From an uncultured Pseudomonadota bacterium (lineage in GTDB: Bacteria; Pseudomonadota; Alphaproteobacteria; Rs-D84), in the NCBI GenBank assembly GCA_902793435.1, contig CADBDF010000004.1, forward strand, positions 11,650 through 75,649: a stretch of 64,000 nucleotides of DNA. The letters run 5' to 3'. Position numbers and translations under genes: made by a program. Under the pieces are notes generated by a model, which did not search any database, was not told the DNA's origin, and was given only the letters and a program-made list of their open reading frames with translations. How positions within the stretch are numbered: the first letter of the stretch is position 1; each line of letters begins with the position of its first letter. Shown here one piece after another: positions 58,619 to 64,000 of this stretch.

Positions 58619-59464
58619 ATGAAACAAAAACGACTTTTTTTATTTGCAGGTTTCTGTCCAAACGGCAAAATTGATGATTCTTTGATTTATTATATAAAAT
58701 CATTATCTGCGTTTGGCGATGTGATTTTGTGCATGGATTCGAACTTAAACGATGGCGAAATAACCAAGGTCAAAAAAAACACAATACATACAATCGCTAC
58801 ACATCATGGTGAATACGATTTTGGGTCTTATAAACGTTGTTTTCAATATGCACGCGATTGCAACATATTAAAAAATTATGATGTTTTATATTTGGTAAAT
58901 GATTCTGTTTATGGGCCAACAAAACCATTAAACAATATAATTAACCGCATAGAACAAATTTCAACAGATGCCGCAGGTTTAATCGTATCAAAACACAAAA
59001 CACATGCATTTATGGAATCTTGGTTTGTTCGTTTAAACAAATCTGTATTCATGACAAAATGGTTTAACGATTTTATGCAATCGATAACACATCTAGAACA
59101 TAAATACCAAATTACCGTTCAATACGAACATGGATTAAGCAATTTAATTACCAACAACAATTGTACATGGGACGGCATATATCGTGTTCGTGGCAGATAC
59201 ACGTACAACAAACCTAAAAAATTGTTTTTACGCGGTTGTCCATTTATTAAAAAGGCATCTTTTACACGTCACAATGGCGCATTGGGATATCAAATAAAAT
59301 ATGTATTATCACATTGCGATAATGCGGCATCAAAAATTATAAAAAATGCCGGAAACAATGCGTATAGCCCTGAATACATGTCATGGTTTTTAACATCAAA
59401 CCCATTAACATATTTTTCACGCGGAATAAAATATATTGTTCAAAAACAAAGGAACAAATCATGA
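58619..59464 (+). CDS. Rhamnan synthesis protein F (RgpF)-like glycosyltransferase
   Basis: YDFGSYK, NDSVYGP, ESWF, YE.GLS, PFIKK. Confidence 0.82.
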   Translation: MKQKRLFLFAGFCPNGKIDDSLIYYIKSLSAFGDVILCMDSNLNDGEITKVKKNTIHTIATHHGEYDFGSYKRCFQYARDCNILKNYDVLYLVNDSVYGPTKPLNNIINRIEQISTDAAGLIVSKHKTHAFMESWFVRLNKSVFMTKWFNDFMQSITHLEHKYQITVQYEHGLSNLITNNNCTWDGIYRVRGRYTYNKPKKLFLRGCPFIKKASFTRHNGALGYQIKYVLSHCDNAASKIIKNAGNNAYSPEYMSWFLTSNPLTYFSRGIKYIVQKQRNKS

Positions 59465-60297
59465 AAAAATTAAAACGAATCGCTGCAATTACAATGGCTC
59501 GTGATGATGAATTTTTCTTATCACGTTGGATTGCATACTATGGCAAACAATTCGGCACAGAAAATTTATATATATTATTGGACGGCACAGACCAAAAAAT
59601 TCCAAAAAATGCTGGCAACGCGCATATAACAAAATTGGAACATAAAAACCTGTCACGTGCATCGGGCGACAAATACAGAATTGGCAAATTATCTAACCTG
59701 GCAACAGAATTATTAAAAACATACGATATAGTCATTGGTTGTGATACAGACGAATTTTTAATTGTCGATACAAACACCAAACAATCTTTGGCACAATATT
59801 TATCAACCAAGAAAATTAAAACATCTCTTTCTGGATTAGGATTAGACATAGGGCAAAATTTAAATTGCGAACCAGAACTGGACCGCAACGCGCCATTTTT
59901 GGAACAACGTGAATACGCCCTGCTTTCCACACGTTATACTAAACCGGTTGTAAAAACCACAACATCTCCATGGGGTAGCGGTTTCCACAGAATCATCGGT
60001 AAAAATTTTCATATTGATAAAAATTTATATCTATTGCACTTTGGCGCAATTGATTTAAAAATGCTGGAAACCAAGGCTGCTGCACGTGGTGCCGATTGGT
60101 TAAACCATTTGCAAAGACGTGGGAACGGCACAATAAACGCGGTGAGCACCATAACACCACACCCAGAAAAATACATGCGATATGCACGTATAATGCAACA
60201 AATATTTCGTCCAATTTATGCTTTTAATAAACCCAGCATGTTGGGATTAAAATGGGTAGTAAAAATTCCATCTCGATTTAAAAAATCAGGGGTATAA
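59461..60297 (+). CDS. GT-A fold glycosyltransferase (GT2-like)
   Basis: TMARD..FL.RWI.YY, LDG.D, DTDEF, KP, GFH, LLHF. Confidence 0.82.
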   Translation: MKKLKRIAAITMARDDEFFLSRWIAYYGKQFGTENLYILLDGTDQKIPKNAGNAHITKLEHKNLSRASGDKYRIGKLSNLATELLKTYDIVIGCDTDEFLIVDTNTKQSLAQYLSTKKIKTSLSGLGLDIGQNLNCEPELDRNAPFLEQREYALLSTRYTKPVVKTTTSPWGSGFHRIIGKNFHIDKNLYLLHFGAIDLKMLETKAAARGADWLNHLQRRGNGTINAVSTITPHPEKYMRYARIMQQIFRPIYAFNKPSMLGLKWVVKIPSRFKKSGV

Positions 60298-60312
60298 ACC
60301 CCTGATTTTTTT
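60280..60312. terminator. Bidirectional intrinsic terminator
   Basis: aaaaaatcagggg-tataaa-cccctgattttttt between convergent GT operons. Confidence 0.85.
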
Positions 60313-61336
60313 ATTTATCAATAAAATCTAATATTTTCACCGCCAATTTTCTACGAGATTTTGGCACAGACCGAAAGACACCCAACTTATACAATTCTGT
60401 AAAGCCCTGCTTTGCCAAAGTTATTTCTTCCGCTGTTTTTAAATATTTAACTTTTGAAAAAGCCTTGGCAACAAAAAACCATAAAAAGTTTTTCGCCCAC
60501 AAACTCATTTGATGTGCAGAAGCCTGGTCACTATACAAAACGAACGAATCTTTTATCCCGGTAATTAAACTCTGCATAATGCGCAACTGTTTTGCACTTA
60601 ATACAATTCCACCAAAATTTGGAATATAATAATACAAAGGCAATGGTGCAACTGTGACGCGCGGATTTCTCAACATAACACGCGACCACCATGGAAAATC
60701 TTCAAACACAATTCCTTTGATAAACGGAACATCTGCAATCAAATCACGACGATATAAATTTTTCCAAACCTGACAATGTTTAATCAACCATTTGCGATTT
60801 TTACAAAACATATTATGCGCAGAATCCGTTGCATATTCATAAATATCTGTAATTTTATGTGATTTAATTTTGTTTATATCATAATGTTTTTTTATTCCCA
60901 ACGGCACAACATTATCTGTCGCCATACATAATTTATGTCGCACCATCAGTTGCGGACGATACAATCTGTCGTATGTAAAAGACACAATATCACTGTTATC
61001 ACGTTGTGCCAAACTATATGCAATTTCCATTGTTTGCGGATGAATAAAATCATCACTGTCCAAATACATAATATATTCACCTGACGCCTTTGACATACCG
61101 ACATTACGCGCATCCGACAGACCACCATTTTCTTTATGAACAACAATAAACCGTTTATCCAACGCTGCATAAGATTCCGCAATTTCACCAGATTTATCAG
61201 GTGACCCATCATCAACCAGAATTGCTTGGAAATCAGTAAAAGTTTGCGCACGTACAGAATCCAAACACCGCTTTAAATATTTTTCAACATTATACATTGG
61301 TATAATAATTGAAATTTTCGGTTTTTTATTTGGCAT
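60311..61336 (-). CDS. Glycosyltransferase family 2
   Basis: SIIIPMYNVEKYL..CLDS, VDDGSPD, NGGLSDARN, LDSDD, FED. Confidence 0.94.
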   Translation of the reverse strand: MPNKKPKISIIIPMYNVEKYLKRCLDSVRAQTFTDFQAILVDDGSPDKSGEIAESYAALDKRFIVVHKENGGLSDARNVGMSKASGEYIMYLDSDDFIHPQTMEIAYSLAQRDNSDIVSFTYDRLYRPQLMVRHKLCMATDNVVPLGIKKHYDINKIKSHKITDIYEYATDSAHNMFCKNRKWLIKHCQVWKNLYRRDLIADVPFIKGIVFEDFPWWSRVMLRNPRVTVAPLPLYYYIPNFGGIVLSAKQLRIMQSLITGIKDSFVLYSDQASAHQMSLWAKNFLWFFVAKAFSKVKYLKTAEEITLAKQGFTELYKLGVFRSVPKSRRKLAVKILDFIDK

Positions 61337-61352
61337 TACATACCCCTTTGTT

Positions 61353-62117
61353 TTACATAAACCATTTTATAATTTTGCGAAACCACCACAAAGATGCGAC
61401 ATGATTTTGTGCAACATACTTTCTTTTGAAATTTTTTCCAATTTTATATTGCTGTTTTAATTTTGCACGATGTTCAGGTGTTTTTTTATTCAACGCAGAA
61501 TTTTCATTAAATAAATAGTGATAATTTACATTTGGCACAATAACAACCTGGTTTGCAACAACAAAAGATTGCAAAACAAAAATCGCATCTTCTTGGGAAA
61601 TTAAATTTGTATCAAACTGCAATTTATTATTTTTAATAAATTCCGTTTTAAACAAATACCGCCAAACGAAAGATTTTATCAAAGCCTGGGACCAAAACAA
61701 TTTACCAAACAAAGTTTTTAAAACATGCAATTTTTTATACACCAAATTTGTAGAATATTTACTGTTTGAAACAAACCCCGAACAAACGATATCCGCATTT
61801 TTTGCATTATTTAACATATATTCATAATAGTGTTCGTCCAACACATCATCAACATCCATAAAATGAATATATATGCCCTTTGCATGCTTTATACCATCAT
61901 TGCGCGCCGCCGATACACCCGCATTTTTTTTATGTATGACCAACACACGCTTATCTTGGGCAGCAAACAAATCCAATATTTTTGGCGATTCGTCTGTTGA
62001 ACCATCATCAACAAATATCACCTGAAAATCGGTAAATGTTTGCTGTTGCAAAGTATCAAAACAACGCGACAAAAACTTTGCACCATTATATACAGGCACC
62101 ACCACAGACAATTGCAT
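61353..62117 (-). CDS. Glycosyltransferase family 2
   Basis: SVVVPVYN, VDDGSTD, NAGVSAARN, DVDD, ED. Confidence 0.93.
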   Translation of the reverse strand: MQLSVVVPVYNGAKFLSRCFDTLQQQTFTDFQVIFVDDGSTDESPKILDLFAAQDKRVLVIHKKNAGVSAARNDGIKHAKGIYIHFMDVDDVLDEHYYEYMLNNAKNADIVCSGFVSNSKYSTNLVYKKLHVLKTLFGKLFWSQALIKSFVWRYLFKTEFIKNNKLQFDTNLISQEDAIFVLQSFVVANQVVIVPNVNYHYLFNENSALNKKTPEHRAKLKQQYKIGKNFKRKYVAQNHVASLWWFRKIIKWFM

Positions 62118-62123
62118 AATATC

Positions 62124-63038
62124 TTAATCCTTGTACATTTTGTTAATCATTTCATCTGCAACAGTTCCGGCACGAATATTTTTTGCCCATGGACTGTTAT
62201 ATGTGGTTTTTTGAAAAAACGCACCAGATGTCACATCATCAAAAGTTTTTTTATCAAACGGTTTTGCCCCGTATGCCCACCATAACGCATGTGTTGGGTC
62301 TTGATCGACATGTGGCATTTTTGCAAAATATTTTTTGGCCCTAGCATCATTTTCAACCAACGTTTTAAACATCAATTGATGCATAAAATAATCAAATTCA
62401 CGATTTTCGTGTATCCAATAATCCAAAATCATCGCCCGCCATGCATCCAGCAAATATGCGCCCTTACGACTGCGGATAAAGCAATTTTGCATATAGGAAT
62501 ATGGACTGCCAACATTTTGCCCTGCCAAATAAACAAAGAAATCTTGGTCTTCAATCCAATCAGGAATCGGTGCTGTGGCAAAGCCTGTTGAATCCAACCA
62601 ATATCCACCATGTTCATATAATAATTCCACACGACAAATATCTGCAAAATGTGCGCGTTTAATTTTACCAGCCTTGTATTTTTCAACAATTTCTTGTGGC
62701 AAAGTTATATAATCAAAAATATTTGTATCGTCCAACACAACCAATTCTTGTTTGCAGTTTTTACGAATACTGCGAAAACATGCCTTGACCAACGCAGGTG
62801 CTTTTTCTTCACCTTGTTGCCATATAGTCCAAATTTTATCATTTGAATCATTATTGATAACTTTGCGTTCTGGAATTGCCGCCGCCGCTGGCAAATAACG
62901 TTTAAAATATTGCGGTAATACAGATGTCAAAATTTTACAACGACGCGCGCGTCTGTGTTCGCGCGACCACCATAACGGATTAAAAACATGTCCAAATAAA
63001 ACAATTTTGCTTGTTGCATAAAATCGTGCCAGATTCAT
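62124..63038 (-). CDS. Capsular polysaccharide synthesis protein (GT32-like)
   Basis: IW..WQQG...AP.LV..C, HFADI.R..LL...GG.WLDST, DYF. Confidence 0.88.
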   Translation of the reverse strand: MNLARFYATSKIVLFGHVFNPLWWSREHRRARRCKILTSVLPQYFKRYLPAAAAIPERKVINNDSNDKIWTIWQQGEEKAPALVKACFRSIRKNCKQELVVLDDTNIFDYITLPQEIVEKYKAGKIKRAHFADICRVELLYEHGGYWLDSTGFATAPIPDWIEDQDFFVYLAGQNVGSPYSYMQNCFIRSRKGAYLLDAWRAMILDYWIHENREFDYFMHQLMFKTLVENDARAKKYFAKMPHVDQDPTHALWWAYGAKPFDKKTFDDVTSGAFFQKTTYNSPWAKNIRAGTVADEMINKMYKD

Positions 63039-63100
63039 TTTTTATCCTTTTTGCTTTTATTAAATGTTATTAAAAGCGACGAAAACGCCGCTTTTAAAAT

Positions 63101-64000
63101 TTATTCTTCAACAGATTCCACCATTTCATCATCATCGCTTGGACCTGTTGTCATTTCTTCGGCAATACCATTTGCACGCGCCATAATTTTATCTAACAAC
63201 TCTTTTTGCGCATCTTCGTGGTCTTTCAACCATTGACGTGCATTGGCCTCGCCCTGACCCATACGTTCATCATTGTATGAATAGAACGAACCAGCCTTTT
63301 CAATAAAATTATATTTAACACCCATATCCAAAATTTCACTAATTCTGGAAATACCCTCGCCATACATAATTTTAAAATCAACAGTCCGAAAAGGTGGTGC
63401 GACTTTGTTTTTAACAATTTTTACACGCGTTTCATTACCAATAACATTTTCTTTATCCTTGATTGCGCCCGTTCTGCGAATATCCAAACGCACAGACGCA
63501 TAGAATTTCAACGCATTACCACCCGATGTTGTTTCTGGATTTCCAAACATAACACCGATTTTCATACGAATTTGATTGATAAAGATTAACAATGTATTAC
63601 TGCGTGAAACACTACCCGCCAATTTTTTCAAACTTTGCGACATCAACCGCGCAGTTGTCCCTACAAAAGAATCACCGATATTACCTTCTAATTCTGCCTT
63701 GGGCACCAACGCCGCCACAGAATCGATAACAACAACATCAACCGCCCCAGATTTAATCAAAGTATCTGCAATTTCCAAAGCCTGTTCCCCAGAATCAGGT
63801 TGTGAAATAATCAACTCTGAAACATTACAACCCAATTTTTTAGCATAACTTGGGTCCAGCGCATTTTCCGCATCAATATACGCACATGTGCCACCCTTCT
63901 TTTGAGCCTCGGCAACCGCATGCAACGCCAATGTTGTTTTACCAGAACTTTCCGGTCCATAAATTTCAACAATACGACCACGTGGATAACCGCCAATACC
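63101..64000 (-). CDS. recA: Recombinase RecA (5'-truncated by window edge)
   Basis: GPESSGKTT upstream of the track start; [32 protein letters not shown]. Confidence 0.98.
   Translation of the reverse strand, partial: GIGGYPRGRIVEIYGPESSGKTTLALHAVAEAQKKGGTCAYIDAENALDPSYAKKLGCNVSELIISQPDSGEQALEIADTLIKSGAVDVVVIDSVAALVPKAELEGNIGDSFVGTTARLMSQSLKKLAGSVSRSNTLLIFINQIRMKIGVMFGNPETTSGGNALKFYASVRLDIRRTGAIKDKENVIGNETRVKIVKNKVAPPFRTVDFKIMYGEGISRISEILDMGVKYNFIEKAGSFYSYNDERMGQGEANARQWLKDHEDAQKELLDKIMARANGIAEEMTTGPSDDDEMVESVEE

Overview
Chromosomal window from an AT-rich, gene-dense, probably genome-reduced alphaproteobacterium. The MucR, RHH_4, alpha-type DksA/OmpA/J-domain and Lpt/Lol/Tat genes point to Alphaproteobacteria; an Rs-D84/'Ca. 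Enterousia'-like gut lineage is my inference only. Most genes are housekeeping: miaB, lptCB, tRNA-Lys, tatABC, lolA, recJ, ftsLI, sufS/T/E, trxA/B, dksA, thrS, gltX, trmB, a ybeY-lnt fusion, mucR, rarA, ftsK, secDF-yajC, mutL, greA, xerD, serS, typA and recA. The window also has several beta-barrel outer-membrane proteins and a 7-gene glycosyltransferase cluster. I see no CRISPR array, IS or prophage. Main observations: (1) a tightly coupled 4-gene operon (29684-31758) containing what looks like a catalytically disarmed HNH toxin domain beside its SUKH/SMI1 immunity protein; (2) an unannotated leaderless Thr-rich leader peptide between tandem promoters upstream of thrS; (3) four copies of a structured ~90-bp palindromic element with covarying stems; (4) a YbeY-Lnt fusion; (5) several apparent pseudoenzymes (CtpA-, SodC- and DeoC-like) and zinc-free regulators; (6) frequent leaderless genes; (7) a tRNA 3'-end duplication; (8) three small ORFs missing from the ORF track. 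All family assignments come from motif recognition by eye, not from database searches.
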